Positions 1 to 11,930 of a DNA stretch of 64,000 bases are shown here, piece after piece. The stretch lies in contig OZ024752.1 in the NCBI GenBank assembly GCA_964016885.1, positions 15,066,001 through 15,130,000 on the forward strand, given 5' to 3'. Source of the stretch: Eledone cirrhosa. Taxonomy: Eukaryota. Position 1 is the first letter of the stretch; every line of letters begins with the position of its first letter. The notes under the pieces were generated by a model. It was given only the letters and a program-made list of their open reading frames with translations, made no database searches and was not told where the DNA came from. Both the position numbers and the translations under genes were made by a program.

Positions 1-489
1 AGTCTTTGTATATGTAAATTTTCTAATATTCTACGCTAACCATAACTTTCAGTAGTACCACCCCACATAAATTCCTCAATTTAAGAATGACCTGTAGTAT
101 CTACTTCATACTATAAACCTCAATTGAATATATATCTGACAAGGAATGCTTTTTGTGAAAATCAGTCATATGGAACTATTGTCATCTTGACTGACGGTTT
201 GAACTTTACAACCCCACCTGCCTCTTTGAGGTCAAATACCAACCCTACTACCATCTCCAAACTAATTAATGAGAATCGAGACTATTCCTGCTGACTACAT
301 TAAATTATTTCTAACAAGCTCATATGTCCCAAGACTCTGATACAATCAACACCATAAACACAGAGCTGACATATCTAAGAACTGACTAACTGCCTGATTA
401 GGTCATAGCCATTCAATGGCTATCATCGAAATATATATAGCAGTAAATAAAGGATTATGAGTTCATGCAATTGACTTATGTTTCGTCAC

Positions 490-1074
<585 letters not shown>

Positions 1075-1183
1075 TCGTTGACAAATATATCAATATGCCC
1101 AGACATGCAGATATATTGCCCTTGGTATGACAGTGTGGCTTTAGCTCAATGTAGGATAACTAGTATACTAGAGAGCCGTTATT

Positions 1184-1320
1184 GTTATAGGAATAACCAA
1201 AGAGTGCTTAGAAATACATTGTTTTATTAGCTAACAGTGTTTCCTCCATGGGGTATGGATGAAACACTGTTCGCTAATAAAGCAATATATTTTTAAGCAC
1301 TCTTTGGTTATTCCTATAAC
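1184..1320. repeat. Fold-back inverted repeat (~65-bp arms) between microsatellites
   Basis: gttataggaataaccaaagagtgctta...aacagtgtttcctccat is matched by atggatgaaacactgtt...taagcactctttggttattcctataac. Confidence 0.9.
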
Positions 1321-1367
<47 letters not shown>

Positions 1368-1371
<4 letters not shown>

Positions 1372-1630
1372 GAGATGTGTTTTATTGTAGCAACTATAAA
1401 GCAATGCAAACATCGGATAAGTAGCACTCCACAGTTTATAGGACTGGAGTATAAATAATATAAGATCAAAAGATGGTTAAAAAAGTTCCAAGTATTTTAT
1501 TGTGCGCATTTCAAAAACAAATATCATCATGGGATGATATTTGCCTTCTCATCAGATACAATAGGGAAACATGATATGAAGTTTAAAAACACGTGTGAGT
1601 AGTGAAGTTTTAAATCAACATATGAGAAAT
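1368..1630 (-). mobile_element. HHR-bearing non-coding repeat, family A (degenerate copy)
   Basis: Homologous to 31813-32075. Minus strand 1494-1562 reads CTGATGA, long stem II (gcaaatatcatc/gatgatatttgt), GAAA, tgcgca. U16.1 is mutated to C. Confidence 0.8.
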
Positions 1631-1796
1631 AAAATTAGATGGATATATGAGATTGGGAAAAAAAGGAACTAAAGAAGAATTATCGTAAAACTAACAGTGA
1701 CAATTTGGAATCTATAAACTCGTACATCTTATGCTATAGACTACGTTTCTAGTTTTACAGTTTATCCAGGGGTTCACCTTACATATGATACATTTC

Positions 1797-4187
1797 CTAT
1801 TGGTTCTTAAAAGGGTAGGTTTTGCTGATCAGGGATTTTATGGTGGTTCCTGGCTTTTCTACCACCTTTATTTTTAAGTGGGTCTTTCTCAGGGCCTTTC
1901 TACACTGGTTAGCTAATGTCCCTCCAGGGGTGCCGTCCACAAACATGACACTCTGGTATCTCTGGTTGTCGTACCATGATGTGGCTTTCCCTATCTTATG
2001 TCTAGCCCTATCTAAGCTATTCCATGATTTGCTCCTGTATAATGGGCAAATTCCTTTCATGTCCAGTTCTATGAGGGTCTTATACTTTTCCATGGCTCCT
2101 TCGTATACTCTTTGGTTGTAGCCAGAGAACTGCATGCGGTTGATGAAGTGTTGAATGTGTCTTTCCATTTCTGTTGGGTCGCACATGCTGGACACATTCT
2201 TCATCACTCGTACCAAATCTGCGATCAGAATATTAAACTTAGCACTACTGGACATTGCTGAGTTTTTGAGTATCAGGTATTTGGAGGCCATGGGTTTAGC
2301 ATAGTGTGAGTGGAGAATTTGGGCTCTCTCGTCTATAGTGTTAATCCAGAGTTCTGTGTCTAATACAGGTAGTCTATTGTTAGGGTGTTTGGAAGGGAAG
2401 TCGATAGTCACAGTTATACTCTGGTGTATGGAATTAGCTATCCGCTGGATGCTTTCCATCGTGCTACGTTCTAAATCAAACTTGTTAGTGCTCTCTAGTG
2501 GGGGTGTTCTTATAACTATATTGATATCGTCTACATAACGAGAGTACATGATGAGGTCTATGGAGCTTTCATTAAGGAGATCTTTAAGTCTCCTTTCCCA
2601 CCATACCATGAAAAGGTTGGCAACATCACCAGCTATGCTGACGCCGATGGCTGCTCCCTCATTTTGGGCGTAGATTTTCTCATTGAACTTAAATATGTGG
2701 CCCTTTAGGGTAGTTTTGATACTAGCCCCTATTGCATGTGCGACCATTTTTCTTACCTGATCATTGTTTTGGGGGGTCCGTATAGCTTTGGTCCACCCAA
2801 TCCACCTTCCCATGGGAGTCTTTTTTGCCATTGAGGTTATGGTGGGGGGTCTACCTCTTATAGGTCTACTAGGGTAGAAACATATAAGGTCATGGCTGTC
2901 TAGGTAGTCAGTGTCGTAGGTAAGTCTAAGTAGGAGGCCCAGTTCGTCTGTGTCGACGTCGCAGAACTCCACCTCACTCTCAATGATCATCTCCACACAT
3001 CTTTTCACAGCAAAATCAATGTTAATGGATGGGTACAGTGACACCACATCCATGCTGCCTATTATGCAGTTGGATAGGCTCTTGTTTTTGTTGCACTCAC
3101 TGATTCTGCTGAGGATGTCCTCTGTACTGTCACATACATCTGGGGACATCTTGATTATGGGGCGTATAACCATTGAGAGGAAGTAGGAGATCCTGTAGTT
3201 GCTAGCTATATTATCTCCGCATACGGGTCCTGTTGGTGGTCCTGTTGTTGGGTCGTCGACTGTCTTGTGGTCTTTGCGGAGCCCATACAAGGGTGGTATG
3301 CCATTGTTAGACGCCTGGAAGTTGTTGGCAGTGCGTCTGCTTGGATTTAGGATGTCAGTCCACATCATCATGTGAGCGTTGAGAATTTTTTCTCTCCCAT
3401 CGTGTGTTTGTTGTGCAACTTCGCTCATGTTGGTGATGTGGGGTTGCATAGCCTCGATGTAGTTCGGAATGCTATCTATTGACATCCTACCAGACTTATC
3501 TGTGGGTAGACACACTACCTCACCATCCCTTGTGCGCTGCTTGAGGCTAACCAAGCCTTCTACAGGTTTCCTCCCAAGTTGCTGGGCCTCTGGTCTGCTC
3601 TGTCTCTTAGTATACCTGTCTACTATTTGTCTAATCTTATTTCTAGCTATGGTGAACTCTGCCTCTGTCTCGTCATCTATTTGTTGTGGTATGCAAACTC
3701 TTTTATTAAAGGGTAACCTCGTAGGATATATATTACCCATCTTATATGTTTTGTCAGCTGGGTTGAAAAATAGTTTCTCTAAGGGGTTGTCATTATATCT
3801 ATCGTCATAGTTGTGTGTGTTGCTATTGTTGTTATCAGGGTCGTTGTTGTTGTTTCTATCATTAGCATTATTATTATTGTTATGATTGCTAGATGTATTG
3901 TTGTTTACTTCACCGTTATTGTTGTTGTTGTTACTGTTATTTCTACCATTGTGGTTGTTACTTTTATTATGTTTCTTGTTTTTGTTGTGTCTATCATTGA
4001 TGTTGCTACATGTACTATTTCCATTATTACCACTGTGGTTATTGTTGTTGTTGTTCGTATTGTTACCGTTATTACTACTGTGGTCGCCGTTGCTGTGTCT
4101 GTGGTTAATGTTTCTATTATTATTATTATTGTGGTTGTTGTTGTTCTGTCTATCGCTAGTATTATTACCATTATCACTATTTCTCAC
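1797..4187 (-). CDS. PLE reverse transcriptase with Asn-rich N-terminus, frameshifted before the endonuclease
   Basis: Motifs PLYGLRKDHK, GSMDVVSLYPSI, QNEGAAIGVSIAGDVANLFM, YSRYVDD, LPVLD. An ~11-bp deletion relative to the inverted arm gives the stop after YPFKNQ. Confidence 0.9.
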   Translation of the reverse strand: MRNSDNGNNTSDRQNNNNHNNNNNRNINHRHSNGDHSSNNGNNTNNNNNNHSGNNGNSTCSNINDRHNKNKKHNKSNNHNGRNNSNNNNNNGEVNNNTSSNHNNNNNANDRNNNNDPDNNNSNTHNYDDRYNDNPLEKLFFNPADKTYKMGNIYPTRLPFNKRVCIPQQIDDETEAEFTIARNKIRQIVDRYTKRQSRPEAQQLGRKPVEGLVSLKQRTRDGEVVCLPTDKSGRMSIDSIPNYIEAMQPHITNMSEVAQQTHDGREKILNAHMMMWTDILNPSRRTANNFQASNNGIPPLYGLRKDHKTVDDPTTGPPTGPVCGDNIASNYRISYFLSMVIRPIIKMSPDVCDSTEDILSRISECNKNKSLSNCIIGSMDVVSLYPSINIDFAVKRCVEMIIESEVEFCDVDTDELGLLLRLTYDTDYLDSHDLICFYPSRPIRGRPPTITSMAKKTPMGRWIGWTKAIRTPQNNDQVRKMVAHAIGASIKTTLKGHIFKFNEKIYAQNEGAAIGVSIAGDVANLFMVWWERRLKDLLNESSIDLIMYSRYVDDINIVIRTPPLESTNKFDLERSTMESIQRIANSIHQSITVTIDFPSKHPNNRLPVLDTELWINTIDERAQILHSHYAKPMASKYLILKNSAMSSSAKFNILIADLVRVMKNVSSMCDPTEMERHIQHFINRMQFSGYNQRVYEGAMEKYKTLIELDMKGICPLYRSKSWNSLDRARHKIGKATSWYDNQRYQSVMFVDGTPGGTLANQCRKALRKTHLKIKVVEKPGTTIKSLISKTYPFKNQ

Positions 4188-4653
4188 TTTCCTGCTATTG
4201 TTATGGTTATGGCTGTTATTTCTATACCCAGAGTTATTGTTTATATTACTACTACCGTTATTATTGTTGTTGTTGTTTACCTTTGCATTCCGACGTATTT
4301 TTGTGAAACACTTTTCCAGCTACGTTTTGCACTCCATAGGGTTAATCTTTTTGTAGATGGCAAATTTTGGTGGTAACCGTAGGATTTGTTCTTCTTGTTC
4401 ACTGATTAAAGTGTTCCCATAGATATTTACTGTGTGGTCATTGGTAATTTCACCGGTAGTTTTACATCAGTCATACGGATATTGTCGATGTTATCTGGGT
4501 ATTTTTGAGAATATTCGATTTTCCTTTCTTGTAGTTTTTTCTTATTCATCCATTCTAATTTCTTCTTGAAATGCCTATTGCATTCGTTTTGAGCGTATTT
4601 CGTTTCACGTCGGATGACGCTCATGAAGTTATCTCTCTCGTTTGCTGTGATGA

Positions 4654-5296
4654 GAGCAAATCATGGAATAGCTTAGATAGGACTAGACATAAGATAGGGA
4701 AAGCCACATCATGGTACGACAACCAGAGATACCAGAGTGTCATGTTTGTGGACGGTACCCCTGGAGGGAAATTAGCTAACCAGTGTAGAAAGGCCCAGAG
4801 AAAGACCCACTTAAAAATAAAGGTGGTAGAAAATCCAGGAACCACCATAAAATCCCTGATCAGCAAAACCTACCCTTTTAAGAAAACCCACTGTACCAAT
4901 AGGAAATGTATCATATGTAAGGTGAACCCCCGGATAAACTGTAAAACTAGAAACGTAGTCTATAGCATAAGATGTACAGAGGGTACTTGCAGAAACATGA
5001 CAACAACATACATAGGTGAGACAGCGCGTAGCATAGGTGAAAGGATAGACAAACACTGGGGGGAACTAAAAGGACGAAAAAACGGGTCAGTACTATACGA
5101 ACATGCTAGACAACAACATGACGGTAACATAAACAACATAGAAATTAGAATAATATCTAAACATAGAAATGACCCAGCAGATAGGCAAATCAGAGAGGCC
5201 AGTGAAATAGAAATTAGAAGACCAAAGCTAAACAGAAAGAATGAGTGGAATAACAACAACACCCAAACAAACAACACTGACTTAAGAGAAGTATAA
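4654..5296 (+). CDS. PLE C-terminal Cys-rich linker plus GIY-YIG endonuclease (5'-truncated, inverted arm)
   Basis: CTNRKCIIC...VVYSIRC...YIGETARSIGERIDKH...HARQQH...RQIREA...PKLN. PLE homology starts at 4654 within ORF 4571-5296. Confidence 0.9.
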
Positions 5297-5554
5297 ATAA
5301 GTAAATAAAATAAGATAAATAAATACATACACAAGCACAATGACAACAAGCACATAAACACACACTAGTCACCCAGCAAACATAACACTATACACACTAG
5401 TCACACAGCAAACATAACACTATACACACACGCAAACGCATGCGCAAAGAAGACAACTAAAATAAAGAAATAAGCAAATAAATAAATAAATATATAGACA
5501 GACTGAATAAAAAATGGCGTAGGCATACAACACAACAGGAGGAAAATATAACAC

Positions 5555-5592
5555 CACTGACGATGTTGCAGATGTGCAACGAAAGATTTATG
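5555..5592 (+). ncRNA. Minimal type I hammerhead-like motif in the PLE1 3' region (degenerate stems I and III)
   Basis: ca-CTGACGA-t-gttgca-gatg-tgcaac-GAAA-gatt-TA-tg. A homologous motif lies at 13562-13600 (minus). Confidence 0.65.
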
Positions 5593-5855
5593 TAAAGTAT
5601 GTAAACTATATATATGTGTTTGTGTCTATATTGTTTCTGTATTATTTTTGACCGTCGGTCAGTCAATGGCAACAATGAGGACCGAGTAAGTTAGATTACA
5701 GATATAAAAGACGAAGCGAAAACCAACCAAACAGTGAGTGTGTTCTGTTATTAATTCTGGCAATATTACACAAATATGACCCTCCCCAAGTATAACAATA
5801 TTTGTTTCGACACACGATTTCATATAAAAAACCTCGATAAACTAATTCATCGCCG

Positions 5856-5889
<34 letters not shown>

Positions 5890-6036
5890 TGAAAAGCATT
5901 TAGAAATGCGCAACCGGTAAAAACTTAAAAACTTAAAACCACAACTGAATACTCATACAATCACTAATACTCTTTTATTCCTAATTAAACCATTTTTCAA
6001 CTGTGAACAATTTGTCAGCATTTTCTATTCCGTTTA

Positions 6037-6275
<239 letters not shown>

Positions 6276-6499
6276 CTACTATATAACTCCCGTTCTGTCT
6301 CTGTGTGTAAAGTATTATAACTTGCGTATTGTTTTCCTGATCTGCCTAAAATGTTAGACATTGCCAAAGGAGGATGCGAGATGTGTCAATAACACCTATT
6401 TATTGCGTAATTGTTACTTTCAATGTGATAATCGCCATGTTCTAATCCTTATGTCACTTTGCGTTAAAACATGTCCAGTAGAACTGCCGTAAGCAGGAA

Positions 6500-9400
6500 C
6501 ACGGTTGAGAAAGAGACGGAAGTAGAAAGTGCAGAGTAGAAGAGAGAGAGGGACAGAAAAAGAAAGAGAGAGAATGTCTATAGGAGGGAAACAGCGACAG
6601 AAAGAAAGAGACAAAGAAAAAAAGGGAAGAGAGAGAGAGTGAGAGAGCGAGAGAGAGGGTGTTGGGTATGTAGGGGTGGTGGCGGGTGGAGTGGGGAGAG
6701 GGAGACAGGGTGTCCGAGCGGGGAGGGCTGAAGGTGGTGTGTGTGTGTAGTTATACGTGTGTGTGTGTGTGTGTGTATGTGAAAGTAAGGGTTGGGGGAA
6801 GAACGGGGTTCCATGTTCACGAAGAGGTGTTATGTGTGTGTGTGTGGGGGGGGGGGGGTTGTAGGTCGGAGTGTCTGTGCGTGTGTGGATAGAGGGGTGG
6901 GGGGAGAGGAATCAGGAGGCTGAGGGTGTAAATATGTGGTGGAAAGCACGTGTGTGTGGGGTTTAAGCGTGTTGTGGGTGTAGGTGGCGTGTGGATAAAC
7001 AAATTTGTTTGGGGTGTGTGTGTGGGTGAGTTATATAGGTGATTACGTAAGAGGATGGTTGAAAAGTTGGTAAAATCCTATGATGTTTAGTGGATTCTGT
7101 GGTGGTCAAGTTACACATACGAGTATTCCATGAAGCGATGGTCGGAAGAGGAGAGATGTGGGGTGCGCGCGCAACAGGATGTGGTCAAGCAGTGGGAGTG
7201 CTGCGTGTCTGTTTGTGCTGGGAGGTGGTCAGAGGGCATAGCAGCTGTCGGTGGAATGGTAAAGGGGCGAGGTAGGGTAGGCGTGAAAGTTGGAGTGAGG
7301 AGGGTGTGTGTGTGTGTATTAGTAGAGGTGTTAGTGGGATGAGTGAGTGTGGAGCGAGGGTGTGGGTGGAGCGGGGAGAGAAGGGTGTGTGTAGTTCTAT
7401 GGAGGGAGTGTGGTGTACTGGTGTGTGTGTAGTTTGATGAAGGGGTGTTAGTGGGTGTTAGTATACGGGATGTGGCGAAGGGTTGAATGCAGGTGTGAGT
7501 GGGGGTTAGTGGTGGTAGGGTGTGTAGAGTTGGTGGTGTACGAGGGTGTGTGGGTACGTGTGCGTGGGGTTGGGGGTGTTAGTGATGTTAGTTGCGTGTG
7601 GGGTGGGTGGTGTAAGTGGATGCGTGTGTTCGTGTGTTTGCGGTCAGGGGGTGTTAGTGAGGTTAGTTGCGGGGTGGTGGGATGGAGGTGTGGGGTTGAT
7701 AGGTGTGGGGGTGAGGGTTAGTGGTGGTAGTTGGGTCTGTGTTTAGTGTGAGCGCGTGTATATATGTGCCGGTGGGTGTGTGCGTGTGATAATGAGGGGG
7801 GAGGAAGAGAAGAAGTGAGGGATGTTAGTATGTTAGTTGGGGAAGGGTGGTCGGATGAGGGGTGGAGTGGAGGTGTTAGTATTGTTTGTTGTGGGGTGGG
7901 CGGTGAAAAGGAGGGGTGTGTTAGTGGTGTTAGTGTGGGGGAAGGGGGGCGGTCGAAGGCTAAAGGAATAAGGGTGGGGAGTTCAGGCCGGGGGGAGTGT
8001 GGGTCTGTAAGATGAAGATAGTTCTTTGTTCGACTCTAAGGCGATTGGCGGGTGTTCCGTGGCATTGGAGTAGGCCACAGACTGTGAGATGGCGTGCGGA
8101 ATGTCCAGGGCCACCAAAGTGGCGGGCGATGGGGAACTACCCCCGAGACGAATATCCCGGAGGTGCTCAGTGAATCGGTTTTCGCCAGGCGACGTCCCGT
8201 CTGTCCGACATAAGTCGCGCTGCACTCGGTGCAGCGAAGTCCGTAGACTAGGTTGGAGGAGGTGCAGCGGAAGGCATGCCGGACAGAGAGAGAGTGGCCG
8301 TTGGGACCCTGGAAGGTGGTGGTGTTGGTGATGTTGGGACAGGTGATACAGCGGGGCCTAGAACAGGGAAAGGAACCGGGGGGGGACAGAGCATGGGTTG
8401 GGGGGTAGGGAGCTGTGGACGAGGAGGGTGCGGAGATTGCGTGCGCGTTTGAAGGAGGGGAGTGGTGGGGTTGGGAAGATGTGGGAGGTGGAGGGGTCGG
8501 ACTGGAGGCATCGGAAGAGGCGGCGGATGGTGCGGTGGAGGGGTAAGGGGGAGGGGTGGTAGGTGATGGGGAAGGGGAGGCGATGGGTGGGTGTGCGGTA
8601 GCGTGGGGTGAGGGTGGTGGAGCGGGGGACAGCACGGGCGCGGGTGAGAGCGGTGTGGACGAGAGAGGGGGGGTAACCTCTGCGGATGAAATGGCTGACT
8701 TGGGAAAGGGCCTGGGACTCAAAGTCAGCATCACGGCTACAGAGGCGGCGGATCGTGAGAAGTTGGGAGTAGGGAATGGAGTGTTTAGTGTGGGTGGGGT
8801 GGGAAGAGGTGAAGTCGAGGGAAGAGTGGGAGTCGGTGGGTTTGAAGAAGGCGGAGGTGACGAGGGAGTGGTGGGAGGGGTCGAAGGCGACGGAGATGTC
8901 TAAGAAGTGGACGTGGGTGGTGGAGATAGAGGTGGTGAAGTGGAGGAAGGGGTGGAAGGAGCAGAAGAAGGAGAGAAAGGAGTTGAGCTGTTCTCGGGTG
9001 AGGGTCGTGGCTCCGATACAGTCGTCAATGTAATGACCGTACAGTTCGGGCGTGGGGCCGGTGTACTGGGCAAAGATTTTGGCCTCAACATGGCCAACAA
9101 AAAGGTTGGCATAGTTCGGGCCCATTCTTGTACCCATGGCTACCCCTGTGACCTGTTGGTAAAACTCACCCGTGAAGGAGAAACAATTCAGGGTGAGGAC
9201 CAGCTCGGCGACGCGAAGGAGGGTGGGGGTGGAGGGAATGGGGGAGGGGCGAAGGTCGAGGTAGTGTTTGAGGGCGCGTAGGCCATCGGCGTGGGGGATG
9301 ACGGTATAGAGGGACTTGATGTCTAGGGTGAAGAGGAAGGGCTGTGGGCCGGGTGGGTAGGTGAAGGAGTCGAAAAGGCGCAGGGCGTGGTTGGTATGCT
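6500..9400 (-). mobile_element. 5'-truncated GC-rich Penelope-like element (PLE2) with a long CA/CT low-complexity 3' UTR
   Basis: RT and GIY-YIG remnants at 7983-9400, followed by ~1.5 kb of strand-biased low-complexity tail. The left boundary is approximate. Confidence 0.8.
7983..9400 (-). pseudogene. PLE RT plus GIY-YIG endonuclease, frameshifted
   Basis: FTLDIKSLYTVI, QVTGVAMGTRMGPNYANLF, GHYIDD, HFLDI; then in other frames FPCSRPRCITC, VYGLRCTECSATYVGQTGRRL, NRFTEHLRDI. Confidence 0.9.
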
Positions 9401-9522
9401 TTAGTGAAAAGAGGAAGTGGCTATTTTGTCGGTAAGAGTGTGAAGCACCTCTCTGCATTTGTTTTCGTATGGTTTCTTCCTGTCTGCTCTGGGCCTGTGT
9501 CATCTGACCGACGTTATCTGCA

Positions 9523-9618
9523 ATAATTGTTTCTACTTTAGGCACAAGGCCAGCAATTACCCAGTGCATTACTGGTACTTTATTTTATCGACCCCGTAAG
9601 GATGAAAGGCAAAGTCAA
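9523..9618 (-). mobile_element. SINE, 3' half
   Basis: Reverse complement of gactttgcctttcatccttacggggtcgataaaataaagtaccag...tgtgcctaaagtagaaacaatt. Confidence 0.9.
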
Positions 9619-10140
9619 TGAATGCAGTCTCCTTTTTTCGTTATAAGTATGAACAGCTCTGAAGTTTATCCCCCCCCCCCATTAAATCAAGTTACGAGGG
9701 GAGAGGAGAGGGGACCCGCAGAATGTGACTGGAAGTAAGAAGTGTATCCTATAACTATGTAGTAAAAAACCACTCAGCTCTGTTTTCACACACACCCCCT
9801 TTTACTTACTTTTGCTCATAGCTTCGTACTTACAAGCACACGCACTCTTTTACTTACATATACACACACACACATAGCTTCTTAGTTTTTACGGACATAT
9901 AATAACACATACCAACACACACACACACATACAAGTATAGCTCTTTATACAAAACTGTTTATTTTCCATTTCAGTTAGACGCGCGCTATCCTCCACTTTT
10001 CTAAAAAGTATATACACAAAACGCCAACATCAACAGTTTTTCAATAGATGACAACGTGAATGGCCTTGTTATTTTTCTTTAATAAAATGTTCTCAATTCC
10101 GCCCCGCCTGGCCCTTCAGTGTTTCTAATTTCTCATTCTT

Positions 10141-10176
10141 TCTTCTGATGAAAGACTAGCGTCAGAAATGTTAAGA
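10141..10176 (+). ncRNA. Degenerate minimal hammerhead motif (PLE pLTR type)
   Basis: tctt-CTGATGA-aa-gac-tagc-gtc-a-GAAA-tg-tTA-aga. aatgtt looks like a CpG-decayed aacgtt palindrome. Confidence 0.55.
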
Positions 10177-10287
10177 CCCTCTTCCTGCTATATCAAGCGT
10201 TAATCTAATATATCCCTTCCATATACTGTACCAATTGTGCTGTTATTTCTGTTTACCTTTTACATAGATATATATATATATATAGGA

Positions 10288-10434
10288 AAAAGTATGACCC
10301 CGACGGCAGAGCTCAAGCCGTGTCGACGGCTATTTCTGGTCTAAATTAGAATTTTTAGCCTGGTGAAAAATTCTAATTTAGTCCAGAAATAGCCGTCGAG
10401 ACGGCTTGAGCTCTGCCGTAGGGGTCATACTTTT
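10288..10434. repeat. Near-perfect ~70-bp-arm palindrome (non-autonomous DNA element-like)
   Basis: aaaagtatgaccccgacggcagagctcaagccgt...aattagaattttt is matched by aaaaattctaatt...acggcttgagctctgccgtaggggtcatactttt. Confidence 0.9.
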
Positions 10435-10589
10435 CACTATTTCCCACTCTACTACCCTAAGTATTGAGTACTCTCGTGCATTATGGTCCGTCTGGTTCCT
10501 TACCAGATCTCCTTTGTTAACTGTAATTGTAGGAATCGGGTTGATTGCCTCCTATCCGGGAAATGCCTCTCTAGTAACATTGTCCCGTA

Positions 10590-11930
10590 GGGCCTACATA
10601 TGGTTAACCTCCAATAAATTCAAGCAGCGTGTTTACATGCATACCCATTCTTTTCGTTACCCTCTAAGAAAGAATATGACGTCACTTTCAGCTTATATCT
10701 GGAGTCTAAAAGACAACCACACCCAATATAAGTTACACTGGGAGATCCTAGCTAGGGCTAGATCATATAACGGAAATAAAAGACCATGTGACCTCTGCGC
10801 CGCTGAGGCCCTGGACGCCACAGACCACATCTTAAACAAAAAATCTGAGGCAATTTGGGCTTGTAAACATAAATTGCACAAAACTTTCCTGTATTACAGC
10901 CTCACGCTATACCCTAACGGATGGTACGATTTATACGTGCATATTTTACGTCTTGATGTGGGAGCTAAGTATGTTTTCTTTATACCATTACTTATTTGCA
11001 TAGGTAAGTATATTTTACCCGTATGTTTTGTGAAGGTACGTATACCTTCTCGGACGTATATTTGATTGTTTATGTTATGGCGTATAATTTTATATATTCT
11101 GGTACATATGGTTTGGCTATCTGTATACGGGAGTTTTGTGTCTGTGCGAGTATGCAGGTTCGTACGTATGTTGGGTGTGTGTATATGTGTACTTCATGTT
11201 TTGGTTGACTTACGTCTCCGAACATTCGTGTATTTGCATGAAGGTATGTGTGTGCGCTTGTTATATACGTATTTATTTAATATATATACGTTTATATAAT
11301 TATTTATTTATGTGTATACACGCATACACACACATATTTATATGTGCGTGGTTTTGTATACCGATGGTAAGTGTTTTGCGTCTGCTTGTGTATGTACGTA
11401 TTTGTTTGCGTGTATGTATTTATTTATTTCTATTACTTCTGTATTGTATTTATTTACTTTGCTCTTAACTCTGTAGCGGAGATTCATTCGGTCTCCTAGT
11501 TAGAATTTTAGTCTACGACTTCTGCTATACCATTTACGTGGTTTTGTCTTTGAGTGCTATTATTCTCCACGCTCCACATATGACGTATTATCTTCGTTTT
11601 TTTTCGTTCATTGCCAGAGAACGTCTCTATGAACCACCTAAGAGAACATTAGTCTAGGACCTCTTTTATACCATAAACATGGTTCTGTCTTTGCGCGTAA
11701 TTGTTTTTCACCGCTCCTATTAATGACGTATTATATTCGTTTTTTCCCGTTCTTTGCCAGCGAACGTTTCCACGAACCAAAGTATCGTCTTCCTGTCTTC
11801 CTCCGGTTGCAACGTTTTTTGAAATATCCACTTCTGCGTTTACAGATTGACTTTGTTAGTTTCAGAAGATCCCGTTAAGGGTGAAAGCAGCGATTCTTTG
11901 CTTAAACTTTAATCTGTTATTTTAATAAAT
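10590..11930 (+). mobile_element. PLE 3' fragment (PLE3): GIY-YIG remnant, TG-rich 3' UTR and terminus
   Basis: YIWLTSNKFKQR...HSFR...LSAYIWSLKD...WEILARA..Y....CDLC..E at 10590-10890. The segment 11815-11915 recurs inverted at 43270-43370. HHR-like relic cagaaga-t-ccc..ggg-t-gaaa near 11863. Confidence 0.7.

Larger units (their letters stand above)
1722..5857. mobile_element. Penelope-like retroelement (PLE1): RT arm on minus, inverted endonuclease/3' arm on plus
   Basis: Inverted repeat 1722-2034 versus 4654-4977; RT and GIY-YIG ORFs; CA-rich 3' UTR; HHR-like core at 5555; 3' terminus homologous to 13345-13430; ends in (TA)n. Confidence 0.9.

Noticed and set aside
3813-4376. Hydrophobic plus-strand ORFs of 187 and 156 aa
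   Set aside because: They are the antisense reading of the PLE Asn-rich repeat.
5889-5919. Hammerhead-like motif CTGAAAA...GCAA-ccgg-TA
   Set aside because: Two core mismatches and no stem I; used only as context for the 16359 motif.
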